Part shown: piece by piece, positions 12,638 through 24,239 of the stretch | How positions within the stretch are numbered: position 1 is the first letter of the stretch | Layout: every line of letters begins with the position of its first letter | Assembly: GCA_964016885.1 (NCBI GenBank) | Contig: OZ024754.1 | Location: 44,640,001 to 44,704,000 of the forward strand | DNA: 64,000 nt | Source: Eledone cirrhosa | Lineage: Eukaryota | Direction: 5' to 3' | Program-made: the position numbers and the translations under genes | Notes under the pieces: model-generated | What the model was told of the DNA's origin: nothing | Seen by the model: the letters and a program-made list of their open reading frames with translations, nothing else | The model's database searches: none

Positions 12638-13000
12638 GAGGTTATATTTAATTTGTTGGGATACAACAAGCAAAATATTTTTATAACTGATATAAAACAC
12701 TCAACAAATTATTGGAGTAAATATACAATATATTAACAAATGGAAACTATATTTATAAAACCATATTTATTTCATTATACATATTTCAAGGGCCACCAAG
12801 GCAAACTATGGTGCGCTTTCATCAGATAAAATATAATATAGGTTAGTTTTATAAATAAATATTGACATACCCTTAAAAAATGCAACCATTCTGGTTGGAA
12901 TCTCCTGGATAGTGGAGTTATTAGATTTATTGTTGGTTTATTATGCAAATTAGTGTCGGAAAGGTTTAAAAACAGTATATTTAAATTAAGCCATATATTA

Positions 13001-13066
13001 TATTTTATCTGATGAAAGCGCACTATAGTTTGCCTTGGTAGACCTTGAAATATGTGTAATGAAATA
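13001..13066 (+). ncRNA. type I hammerhead motif (mirror copy on - at 12768-12833)
   Basis: TATTTTAT-CTGATGA-AAG...CTT-GAAA-TATGTGT-A-ATGAAATA; 8-bp stem I with one GU pair, GUA triplet. Confidence 0.65.
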
Positions 13067-13235
13067 AATATGGTTTTATAAATATAGTTTCCATTTGTTA
13101 ATATATTGTATATATATATATCTATATGTATGAATGTATGTATAAATTTGGTATTAGCAAAATAATTTTGATATTTAATATATTTTCTTTTTCTTTTGTG
13201 TCTTCCTGTGCACCTGTAATCACTGGTTCTGTTAG

Positions 13236-13338
13236 ATACCTGCTGAAACCTGACTTCATGAGGAGGCCAGATCGGACATTTGACCCATTTTCAGAAAGTC
13301 CTGTAGATGGAGTCATTGCTGGTCATTGTTCAGTTGAG
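13236..13338 (+). CDS. PLCB4: PLC-beta4 exon (Y end / C2 start)
   Basis: tag|[34 protein letters not shown]|gtaag. Confidence 0.95.
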
Positions 13339-13342
13339 GTAA

Positions 13343-13880
13343 GTTTACAGATGTCTTAAATAGTTTACAGATGTCTTAAATAGTTTGCAGACGTCTTGAA
13401 TAGTTAACAAACGTCTTGAATAGTTAACAAACGTCTTGAATAGTTAACAAACGTCTTGAATAGTTTCCAGACGTCTTGAATAGTTAACAGACGTCTTGAG
13501 TTGTTTACAGATGTCTTGAGTTGTTTACAGACGTCTTGAGTTGTTTACAGACGTCTTGAGTTGTTTACAGACGTCTTGAGTTGTTTACAGACGTCTTGAG
13601 TTGTTTACAGACGTCTTGAGTTGTTTACAGACGTCTTGAGTTGTTTACAGACGTCTTGAGTTGTTTACAGACGTCTTGAGTTGTTTACAGACGTCTTGAG
13701 TTGTTTACAGACGTCTTGAGTTGTTTACAGACGTCTTCAGTTGTTTACAGACGTCTTCGGTAGTTTACAGACGTCTTCAGTTGTTTACAAACGTCTTGAG
13801 TTGTTTACAGACGTCTTCAATAGTTTACAGACGTTTTGAGTTGTTTACACACGTCTGGAATAGTTAACAGACGTCTTACA
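13343..13880. repeat. 20-bp minisatellite starting at a splice donor
   Basis: TTGTTTACAGACGTCTTGAG, about 26 units. Confidence 0.95.
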
Positions 13881-13971
13881 GATTCATGACCATAGGTAAG
13901 GTTGGCACAAACATCAACTTGAAGGCAGCTCCCTGATATTTTATTATACTCAATGTTATTTATAATTTCAG

Positions 13972-14136
13972 GTTATCTCTGGTCAGTTTTTGTCTGATAA
14001 AAAAATTGGAACATGTGTTGAGGTGGATATGTATGGTCTACCAACAGATACTATTCGAAAGGAATTCCGCACCAAAGTGGTACCAAATAATGGTCTCAAC
14101 CCGATCTATAATGATGAACCATTTGTCTTCAGAAAG
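13972..14136 (+). CDS. PLCB4: PLC-beta4 C2-domain exon
   Basis: cag|[55 protein letters not shown]|gtaaa. Confidence 0.96.
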
Positions 14137-14216
14137 GTAAAACATTTTGTTTTTCTCTTTTTGCTTTGGTTTGTTTTGTTTTGCCTCAGGTATGATGATC
14201 TCTCTCTCTTGATATA

Positions 14217-14249
<33 letters not shown>

Positions 14250-14861
14250 GAGAGAGAGCGAGAGAGAGAGATATGTGAGAGTGTGTGTGTGTGATATATA
14301 TATATATATACACACACACACTTTATTAAGGCTAAACTTGAGTCTTAATAAAGAATATATTATTATTACAAAACGTCTATATATATAATATAAAACAAAA
14401 AATCAGTGATGCATCTGAACTCAATTTATTGTGTTACAATTGTTTCCCCGGCAGACAGCTTGAGATGCGATCATTGTGTGGATCTGTCTGATTCTGGACC
14501 CACATGTTCAACGGACACGTCTAATGATTTCGGAGCATATTCTCGATTTTTCATTTTCTATCCTATCATACTCTGCTCTGTAAGAGCATAGAGTGCTCAA
14601 CCGTCATACCGACTATGGAAGCATCTTAGCTACCATCAGATACATATATATATATATATCTCATCATATATATATATATATTTTTAGAGTCTCATGGATG
14701 TACTTTATTATGCCACCAGCACTATTACTTACAGGGTGTACTGGGTGCATTTATTTATGCACACACACTTACACTCACTCACACAACACACACTCATATA
14801 TTCACCTTATTTTCATTAATTAATAAATATTTATTTATTTGTTTGTTTGTTTTTTTTTCAG

Positions 14862-14961
14862 GTGGTTTTACCTGATCTAGCAGTCCTTCGGATTGCTGTG
14901 TATGAAGACACTGGCAAGCTGATTGGTCAGCGAATCCTGCCATTGGATGGATTGCAAGCTG
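14862..14961 (+). CDS. PLCB4: PLC-beta4 C2-domain exon
   Basis: cag|[33 protein letters not shown](G)|gtcagt. Confidence 0.95.
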
Positions 14962-15258
14962 GTCAGTGGTGGTTATTAAATCTTTGGCATGGGTTGGGGG
15001 GTGGGGGCAATTTGTGTGGGGGTGGGGCTGTATTGGATGGATTGCAAGCTGGACAGTGGTAGTTCTTAAATTTTTGGCATGAGAGAGGGTACAAGTGCTG
15101 AAGATCTATTTTAGTAATGTCATAATTTTAGTAAATCCTTCAAAATTCTTCATTAATTAATTGAAATAAAGTGTATCTTAAGTATTTACTCTATTTCTAG
15201 GTTAATCTGAAAAGAATTCATTAGAAAATGTTTTTTTAATTCTTTTCTCTCCATCCAG

Positions 15259-15363
15259 GCTATCGGCATATATCCCTACGAACAGAAGGAAACTTCCCCC
15301 TCTCGTTACCAACAGTTTTCTGTCGAATTATTCTAAAAACCTATGTCCCAGAAGGCTTCGAAG
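15259..15363 (+). CDS. PLCB4: PLC-beta4 exon (C2 end)
   Basis: cag|[34 protein letters not shown]|gtaag. Confidence 0.95.
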
Positions 15364-15660
15364 GTAAGTTATCATTGGCTTTTCTTTTCTCTTTTGGTAC
15401 TTTTGTTTGTTTATTTTATAGTTAGGTGGTTGGTGTTAGGTAGAGCATCCAGCCATAGAAACCTAACTAGACACAGTCCTATCTCCACCAACACACCATA
15501 CCCCTATCTCTACCAACACACCCCTATCACTATCTCCACCAACACACCCCTATCACTATCTCCACCAACACACCCCTATCACTATCTCCACCAACACACC
15601 CCTATCACTATCTCCACCAACACACCCCTATCTCTATATCTCTATTTTTTCACTTCTCAG

Positions 15661-15924
15661 ATTTTGTGTCAGCAGTATCAGCTCCAATCCAGTTCCAATC
15701 GATGGCGGACAAGAGAGAACAACTGATGCTTGGGATGGGTATTGACGAAAACGATATTGGGGACGTACCTGTGGCTAAAGAAAAAAATAAATCTACCCAG
15801 AATGAAAGTGTAAAACCAACTCCTCAAACACCAAACGGCCCTTCCAAAGACCAAGTGAAGGACATTCCTAAACAGTCAAAGCAGATGCCCGCCTCCTCAC
15901 AGCCTCCGCCTGCCAAGAAAGAGG
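15661..15924 (+). CDS. PLCB4: PLC-beta4 exon (proximal CTD and linker)
   Basis: cag|(D)FVSAVSAPIQFQSMADKREQLMLGMGIDENDIGDVP...PPPAKKE|gtacag; phases 1/1 fit neighbours. Confidence 0.9.
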
Positions 15925-16729
15925 GTACAGCTCTTCTATCATTATTTTTCTTGTATCATTTTGTTTTTGTATATTGTTTGATATTGTTTAACCCTTTACC
16001 ATTTACATTACTCTGTATTTACTATTGTATTTTCACAGTAAAGTCTTTACCTCACATAATATCTCGCATACCATTTACATTACTCTATATATACTATTGT
16101 ATTTTCACAGTAAAGGCTTTACCTCACATAATATCTCACATACCATTTACATTACTCTATATTTACTATGGTATTTTCATGGCATTACCTCACATAATAT
16201 TATCTATTTTGAAAACAATACCTTAAAATCAGTATGAGTGGCCAGTTACAGCCAGTTTGGAAAGGAATAGGTGAGGGAATTCTGGCCAGATTTGGCTGGT
16301 TTAAATGCCCAGGAAAGCAAGGCGTTCAGAGTATGGTCGATGCCTGATGGAGGATTTTCGCTTGGTTGCACAGCTCTGAACAGTTTCCAGGAGATCAATA
16401 TTCTGTATACCATCTAAACAGTGTGTTGATTAGCTACCTTGGTTTATAAACAGGGTTTGGGTTTTCACCTATTTACCAGGCATAAAATAGGGGAGGTGGC
16501 TTATATTTGTATATATACAGTAGAAGACCACGAAAAACATGGGCAGAGGTGGCGAGAGCTGATCTCAGATCGCTGAAGCTCACAGAGATGACGATGAAGG
16601 ACTGTGAAGAATGGAGAGATCTGTGCTGAATAGGACCCATCCCACCCTTGCAAGCAGAAAAAAGCGGACGTAAAATGACGATCATGACAGTAATTTTGTT
16701 AAATGTTTTACTATATCTGATATTTCCAG

Positions 16730-16958
16730 AGGAGCTTCAATTTGACAAGATAACCCGGGATAGTCTGATGCAGGAGAAGGTGTACATTCGTTTGATAAAG
16801 AAACAGCTGAGAGAGGTGGAAATAATGAAGAAGAAACACCAGAAAGAGAAGTCTGTGATGTCTAAACAACAGTGTACCTCTGTAGAGAAGATGACGACAA
16901 TTCATGAGAAGGAGAAGGCAGCCATGGAGAAGTCTTGGGAGAAATTAAAGAAGAAAAA
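16730..16958 (+). CDS. PLCB4: PLC-beta4 distal CTD exon
   Basis: cag|(E)ELQFDKITRDSLMQEKVYIRLIKKQLREVEIMKKKHQKEKSVMSKQQC...KLKKK|gtgatt. Confidence 0.9.
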
Positions 16959-16969
16959 GTGATTATTTC

Positions 16970-17350
16970 TTATTTCACTTCATTTATTTTCGTCATTTCA
17001 TTTTTTCATTTCACTTTCTTGTTTCATTTCTTCATTTCATTTCTCATTTCATTTTTCATTTCACTTTCTCATTTCATTTCTCATTTCATTTCTCATTTCA
17101 TTTTTCATTTCACTTTCTCATTTCATTTCTCATTTCATTTCACTTTCTCATTTCATTTCTCATTTCATTTTTCATTTCATTTTTTCATTTCCCTCTCTCA
17201 TTTCACTTTCTTGTTTCATTTCCTCATTTCATTTCCTCATTTCATTTCTTCAATTCACTTTTTCATTTCACTTTTTCATTTTATATTTTCATTTCATTTT
17301 TTCATTTCATTTTTTCATTTCACTTTCCTCATTTCACTTTCCTCATTTCA
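16970..17350. repeat. degenerate (TTTCA)n array
   Basis: direct reading. Confidence 0.9.
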
Positions 17351-17791
17351 CTTATCTTTCCCACCCATCATCTCCGACATCTATTTTCTATTCATATATT
17401 TTAATTTTCTGAGATTGTTTTTGTTTGTTTTACTTTTGTTGCTTATTTATTTTTATCTGTTTTTTTGACAAGTCACGTAGCTCAGTGGTTAGAGAGTTTG
17501 GTTCGCAATCGTGAGGTTGTGAGTTCAATTCTCAAACCGGGTGATGTGTTGTGTCCTTGAGCAAGACACTTTATTTCATGTTGCTCCTTCTACCTGAAGT
17601 TGCAACCAGTAGATAGTATCAGCAATGGAAAGACCAATGGAAACATTGTTTCCTTAGACTGATTTGACGAGGTCCATCCCATTCGGCAAGTGAATGAGGT
17701 CTGGGATCTTGTCGATAACAGAGGTGATCAGTGGTGAGATTTTCTCACCTGTTCTTCTCTAATTGTCCTTCTAATTTCTTTGCCATTCCAG

Positions 17792-17858
17792 CGATGATAC
17801 AAACTTAAATAGTATTGAGGATAAACTTCAAGCATTGACTGCTTCTCAAAAATCAAAG
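17792..17858 (+). CDS. PLCB4: PLC-beta4 distal CTD exon
   Basis: cag|(N)DDTNLNSIEDKLQALTASQKSK|gtaag; phase 2/0 bridges the neighbouring exons. Confidence 0.85.
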
Positions 17859-18146
17859 GTAAGAATAGCAGTGATAGGTTTGTTCCTCCTCCAGCTTATT
17901 TCCTCCTGCTCTCATACTCTCTATCTCCTCCTCCTCCTCTATCTCTCTCTTACTCCTCTCTCTCTCATTCATCTCTCTCTTACTCCTCTCTCTCTCATTC
18001 ATCTCTCTCTTACTCCTCTTTCTCACACTCTTTCCCTTTCTCTAGAAATGATGACACACACACACACACGTATACATAAATACATTCATACACACAGACA
18101 TACAGGTAAATACTTAACTTAATTAAACATGTTGAATTGTGTGCAG

Positions 18147-18322
18147 GTAAATATACTGGTGTCTGATCACACCAAGGAATGGTCAGACATGATTGCCAGA
18201 CAGTTGAAGGAGGAACATGAGCTAAACAAGTCTCATATTGTACAGCAGAACACCACAAATATTCAGTTGGTTAAGGACGTACAACAGACCCAGCTGAAGG
18301 AATTGGAATTGAAACAAGACAG
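18147..18322 (+). CDS. PLCB4: PLC-beta4 distal CTD exon
   Basis: cag|VNILVSDHTKEWSDMIARQLKEEHEL...LKELELKQD(R)|gtag; HTKEWS.M motif. Confidence 0.92.
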
Positions 18323-18353
18323 GTAGGTGATATATGATGTAGTAGAGGTTGTA

Positions 18354-18865
18354 CGAGGGCTCTTCAAAACGTTCGTGGAAAAACTACATAGCTAAAAGTC
18401 ATATGCAGGGATTTTTATCTCGATGCACCTGTATATTCTCATACTAACATGTTGTAACATGTTCTAACATGAACCCTTAAATGCATGTTGCAATGGGGTG
18501 CCACCAGTCGGAAGTCATCACCCTATCAAATTCATGGTGAAGCTAGGGTGGCAGAGCAGCCAAATCATTGACGGTCTGGAGCAAGTTTATGGAGACAATG
18601 CCCCAAAGAAATCAACAACCTACAAATGGTTGTCTTTTTAGAAGTGGAAGAGATAAGGTTGAAAATGATCCCCCATGGAAAAAAAGCTGCTATGACATGG
18701 TTTAAATCACATGGCCCTCAGTTTTACACAGATGAACTTAAAGGTTGGTATCAATGATTGCAGAAGTGATTTGACCTAGATGAAGCATATGTTGAAAAAT
18801 AAACATCATAACTTAAACCGTTTTATCCAACTCTCCTTTTTCCATGAACTTCTGAAGCCCCCTCG
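18354..18865 (+). mobile_element. internally deleted mariner (Hsmar2/irritans-like)
   Basis: TA|CGAGGG...CCCTCG|TA termini; remnants IKFMVKLGWQSSQIIDGLEQVYGDNAPKKSTTYKW and WFKSHGPQFY...LDEAYVEK*. Confidence 0.85.
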
Positions 18866-19227
18866 TATTTGTCTCTAGAATTGGAGAGGTTTGAAAAAGT
18901 TGTCCTGAACCCAGATGCTCATCAGGCTAGTACTTATCCTAGTTTCTGTGGTATGAAACAAGCAACATAGAGTACATGACTACCCCTTCCTGGACAGGAT
19001 GCATGTTCACTGCAGCTTAACCCTGCGGTGAACAGGTGTCCTGTTCAGGAGGGGAAGGGGTAGTCATGTACTTTAAGACACTTACTTCACACCCACAGAA
19101 ACTTAGATAAGTTCTGGCCCAATGACCCTTCGGTCTCAAGACAGAACTTTTCCAAACCCCTCAAATTCTAGAGATAACAAAAAATAATATTGTACCAACT
19201 TCTGACGTTTTTCTTCTGTAATTCCAG

Positions 19228-19329
19228 AGACAACAAGGAACTGAGGACTATCCAAGCCAAACAGTCAATGGAGTCTAGTAAAGCTGTGCTGAATGATAAA
19301 ACAATTAAGAACAAAGCTGAAAGAGAGAG
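19228..19329 (+). CDS. PLCB4: PLC-beta4 distal CTD exon
   Basis: cag|[33 protein letters not shown](R)|gtgag; [11 protein letters not shown] motif. Confidence 0.94.
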
Positions 19330-20055
19330 GTGAGTGACTATTGTAGTACTATGTGGTAGTGGTACCTGCACTACCACCCTACAGAGTGGACTGGGTGTTG
19401 TTTGTTGTACCTGCACTATCACCCTACAGAGTGAACTGGGTGTTGTTTGTTGTGGTACCAGCACTATCACCCAACAGAGTGGACTGGGTGTTGTTTGTTG
19501 TGGTACCAGCATTATCACCCTACAGAGTGAACTGGGTGTTGTTTGTTGTGGTACCAGCACTATCACCCAACAGTGGACTGGGTGTTTTTTGTTGTGGTAC
19601 CAGTACTATCACCTAACAGAGTGGACTGGGTGTTGTTTTTCATGGGAATGGCACTACAATCCTACAGCACATATCAGTTTTTCTCCTGCACTAGTGTCAC
19701 AATAAAATGCACCCAGTACACTCTGTAAAGTGTTTGGTGTTAGGGAATGTATCCAGCCATAGATCAGTAACTGTGAATAAGAACTGCTGTAGTAATAATA
19801 ATAATAATAATGAAATAATGAAAATTGTGTACAGTGCTCAGGAGCACTACAATTCATCAAAGGTGCATGTATAGTACATAGAATAATGTACAAATGTCAG
19901 GAAAGTGAACAGTGTATGAGTCATGATATACACACAGATACATGCGACCATGTGTATGGAAGGGGAATATCAGGTATAGTGTTGGTGAATTTATAGAAAG
20001 TGGACATAATATCATCATCATTATTAATTGTCGTTTGGTCTGTTGTGTATTTCAG

Positions 20056-20200
20056 GAGGATAAGAGAACTAAACGAGAACAACACAAAGAAATTTATTGA
20101 AGAAAGGAAACGTTTAGCTGTAAAACATTCCAGGCAGGTAGAAGCCATTAAAAAAATACATTGCCAACAAACAGAGGAATTGCTGATGGAGAATGAGAAG
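20056..20200 (+). CDS. PLCB4: PLC-beta4 distal CTD exon
   Basis: cag|RIRELNENNTKKFIEERKRLAVKHSRQVEAIKKIHCQQTEELLMENEK|gtaag. Confidence 0.94.
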
Positions 20201-21848
20201 GTAAGACACCTTAACCTGCTAATTAACATATTTCTAATGACACACCTTAACCTGCTAATTACCATATTACTAATGACACACCTTAACCCATTAATTAACA
20301 TATTACTAATGACATATTACTAATGACCTTAAAATGCTTTAATCCTTTCATTACCATATTTGACTCACCTGAACCATATTTCTAATGAGGAGGAACGATC
20401 AACAAGCTCTTAGACCACATTCTTTTACCAAGTCAGGTGGAACTCATGAAATTTGACCAAGGAAACAATGTTTCCATTAGTCTTTCCATTGCTGCTACTA
20501 TCTGCCTGTCATAACTCCTGACAGAAGAACAAAGTGAAATAAAGTATCTTGCTCAAGAACAGAACATAACATATCGCCTGGTCTGAGAACCGAACTTGCA
20601 ACCTCACAATTGCAAATCCAACTTTCTAACCACTAGGCTATGTGCCTTCACATATTTCTAATGACACATCTTAACCTTTCATTGCCATATTTATGATACA
20701 TCTTAACCTTTCATTGCCATATTACTAATGATACTTCTTAACCTTTCTTTACCATATTTCTAATGACACACATCTTAACCCTTTCATTACCTAAGGTAAG
20801 GTGCTTTAACCCTTTCGTTACCCTGTTCCTAATGAAATACACTGCCTATGTATTTCAAATAATATTGAAAATAATCAAGAGTTTGAAGGTATTTAGTAAT
20901 ATAACTAATTTTCACTTTAATTAGTGTTTAAAACATAAAGTTTCTTACATAAAATTATGATAGAAAGTTATTAAATACAAAGTTAAACATTTTGAAATAT
21001 AAAAGTTTGTATCACAGAACAGGGGTTGTATCAGGTAGTCTGGTATCAAAAATAGAAATAATTTTATATAATTCAAATATTTGAAACTGTTATTAAAAGG
21101 TTAACATCCTGTACTGCATCAAACCACATTCATTAGCAAAACATTTTTGAAAAATATAAAACTGCACTATGGCTACATCATATTATAATTTGAAGCCTTT
21201 ACTTTAATAGTGCCAATTTTTACAACCTGTATCTGTCCACAAGTAAAGATACTATAAATATTTGAATTAACAAACCTGGTTTTAGATATTTTCTACTAAA
21301 TCTTTACAGGATGTTAAGTGTAATTCTTTATAAGAATTTGTTTGGGATTAGTGATATAAGCTGGCTACATTTAGTCAAAGGTAGTGGGTTAGTAGTAATA
21401 TAATTAACCCTTTAGCATTTACAATACTCTATATTTACTGTGGTATATCTGTGGTAAAGACTTGTCTTACATAATTATCTCGCATAATATCGAATCTATG
21501 AGATTTTGATATTATTTATTTTGAGAACAATACCTTAACATCAGTATGAGTGACCAGTTATGGCCAGTTTAAATGCTAAAGGGTTAATCGACTTTCCCCA
21601 CCTACACATTTGTTGGCTTTCTGCCTAAATCAGAAATCATTGTTTTTATTTTGAGAACAATACCTCAATGTCAGTATGAGCGACCAGTTATGGCTGGTTT
21701 GAACAGAAAGAGGTGAGACAATTCTGACTGGATACAGCTGGTTAAAATGCTAAAGGGTTAATAAAGGCAACATCATTAAGCTAATTAGAAATATATAATC
21801 AATATTAGTCATTGACAAATGTTTTTTTTTTGTTTGTTTTTCTGGCAG

Positions 21849-21897
21849 ATATTGCAGACAGCTTCAAAACATATCTCAAACTAAATGTGACTCATAG
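21849..21897 (+). CDS. PLCB4: candidate alternative cassette exon (49 nt) giving a short C-terminus ILQTASKHISN*
   Basis: strong poly-U tract + cag| acceptor, CATAG|gtaatt donor, phase-0 continuation with TAA at 21882-21884. Confidence 0.55.
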
Positions 21898-22516
21898 GTA
21901 ATTTTAACCCTTTGGGGATGACGCCTACTGTTGCTTCTACGCTGAAGAAAAGAGGGCTGTTTTTATGAATTATCTATATATCATTTACATATTAACCCTT
22001 TAGTATTTACATTACTCTATATTTACTATTATATTATTATATTTTCATGATAAAGGCTTTGCCTCACATAATATCTTACATCCTTACAGGGTCGATAAAT
22101 AAAGCACCAGTAATGTACTGGGGCGATTTGATTGACTTTTCCCTCCCCTCAAATTGCTGGCCTTGTGCCTAAAGTAGAAACCATTATTATTAATATCAGT
22201 AGAGATTAAAAGTTAAAGCAATAACTTTCTGCTTTCACCCAAAGCAGGATCATCAGAGTTTCAGATGATCCCACTTTCACCCGAAGTGGGATCATCAGAG
22301 TTTCAGATGATCCCGCTAAGGTGACAATATTAGCACTCAATGCTATAGCAGAGTGTTTAAATTAAGAACAAAATGAGATTTTGGTTTTGCTTGATTAACA
22401 AGTCTGATGAGCAGATTGGGGCTGGGGTCAAATCTTTGTAGATACTGAGCCACCATCTGTGAAACAGTTGTAACTGTGCATAATTAATAAAAATCTAAAT
22501 GTAAAAGCTCATCATG

Positions 22517-22563
<47 letters not shown>

Positions 22564-23694
22564 GGATAAGTGATATAATAGGGTTTTATTACAAGCATTA
22601 ACATATGTTTCATCACTTAATGTACAATTGATTATGTCTTGAAATCAAATATACATATAGCATCATCTTCCACGCTAGCATGGGTTTGACGGTCCTATTT
22701 TAAGGCAAGTTGTGTCAGGTGACCATATCTCGCTCAAATGGCTGGTTTTCTATGGCCGGATGCCTTTCCTAATGCCAACCACATTTACAGTGTGGGCTGA
22801 GTGCTTTGCATAATGGTTTGAAGAGAAAAAATGTTTGTTAGTTTCATGAATTATCTCCCTTTAGAAGAAGTTAAATAAGGTTCGTTTTTTTGGTTTTTGA
22901 ATTAAATTTTTATTTTATTTTTCATCCCTCTAAAGTTAGTAAGATGTCAACACAGGAACCACATGCAAAAAACTCTTAAAATCTTTTTCTTCAAAAGCTA
23001 CTCTGTTCTAGTGATGCATGTTTTAGTTCCTGCTAAAGGTAACATTGATGTTTCATTAACATTCCCATTCATTTTCAAACTTTTATCATCTCTCCGAGGA
23101 AAAGGAATGTGCATGGATGACTATATATATATATACATTTACATCTGTATATAGACAAAGATTGCATGAGATATTTCCTAACACTTGGATGACTCTATAT
23201 ATATATATATATATATAACAAAGGAATTGTGGTAAGGAACCAAATGGACCATAACACACCAGAGTACTCAATAGTTAGGGTAGTAGAGTGGCAAATAGGA
23301 AAAAATATTACCCCGACGGCAGAGCTCAAGCCGTTTCGACGTCGAAACGGCTTGAGCTCTGCCGTCGGGGTAATACTTTTCCCTATATATATATATATAT
23401 TTACACCTGTATATAGACAAAGAATGTATGAGATATATCCCAACACTTCAAAAAAATGGGTTGCGTATCTCTCTCGAAACGTGTGTAAGGTGTAAGAATA
23501 AATATGGTTTTTTAATGAAAGAAGTTAATTTTTGCATTGATACTCTTGTATGTATATATTACAGTCTGAGGTTGACTTTGCCTTTCATCCTTACAGGGGT
23601 CGATAAAATAAAGTACCAGTAATGCACTGTGGTAATTGCTGGCCTTGTGCCAAAAGTAGAAACAATTATTATTATTCACTCAAGAATACATTTA

Positions 23695-23863
23695 CCATAT
23701 TTCCTGGCATCGAAGTCGCTTCGTCCTCGCGGATGCACCCTAATTTTGACAAGCAAAAATTTGGAAAAAAAATAATAAACAACCTTTGGCCTCCAGGATG
23801 CATGGCAGATGTTTTAGACTTATTTTAGGAAAAAAGTAGCGTCTTCGATGCCGAGAAATACGG
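23695..23863. mobile_element. Tc2/pogo-like MITE
   Basis: imperfect TIRs CCATATTTCCTGGCATCGAAGTCGC / GCGTCTTCGATGCCGAGAAATACGG, TA on the left. Confidence 0.65.
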
Positions 23864-24170
23864 CAGGTATCAACTACTTTAACCCTTTAGCATTTCCATT
23901 ATTCTATATTTACTATTGTATTTTCACAGTAAAGGCTTTACCTCACATAGTACCTCACATTATATCGAATCTATGAGATTTTGATATTATTTATTTTGAG
24001 AACAATACCTTAACATAAGTATACATGCCCATTTACAGCCAGTTTGAGCAGAAAGAGGTGAGAGAAATCTGGCGGGATACAGCCGGTTCAAATGCTAAAG
24101 GGTTAAGAGTGAAAAAACAAATTTTGCTTCTAATTCTATAATATATATTGTCATGTTTTTTTTATTCCAG

Positions 24171-24239
24171 GCCATGGAAGCAGTTGAAATGGTGCACCGG
24201 GAAGCAAAACTGGCCACAAAACCAGAGACTGTCGTTTGA
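24171..24239 (+). CDS. PLCB4: PLC-beta4 terminal coding exon with PDZ-binding tail
   Basis: ttccag|AMEAVEMVHREAKLATKPETVV*; vertebrate PLCB4 ends in PATVV. Confidence 0.92.
   Translation, partial: AMEAVEMVHREAKLATKPETVV

Noticed and set aside
13343-13880. CRISPR-like regular repeats (also 25372-25822, 30236-30552)
   Set aside because: Head-to-tail units without unique spacers, eukaryotic context, no cas genes
17474-17550. tRNA-like sequence with A and B boxes (also 51784)
   Set aside because: No closed acceptor stem; continues into a multi-copy SINE body
18144-18152. CAG|GTAAAT recursive-splice-like site
   Set aside because: Explained by an ordinary acceptor followed by Val-Asn codons; the intron is short
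20206-20330. Repeated CCTTAAC resembling U12 branch sites
   Set aside because: Part of a tandem repeat related to MITE termini, downstream of a U2 donor and with no matching U12 donor
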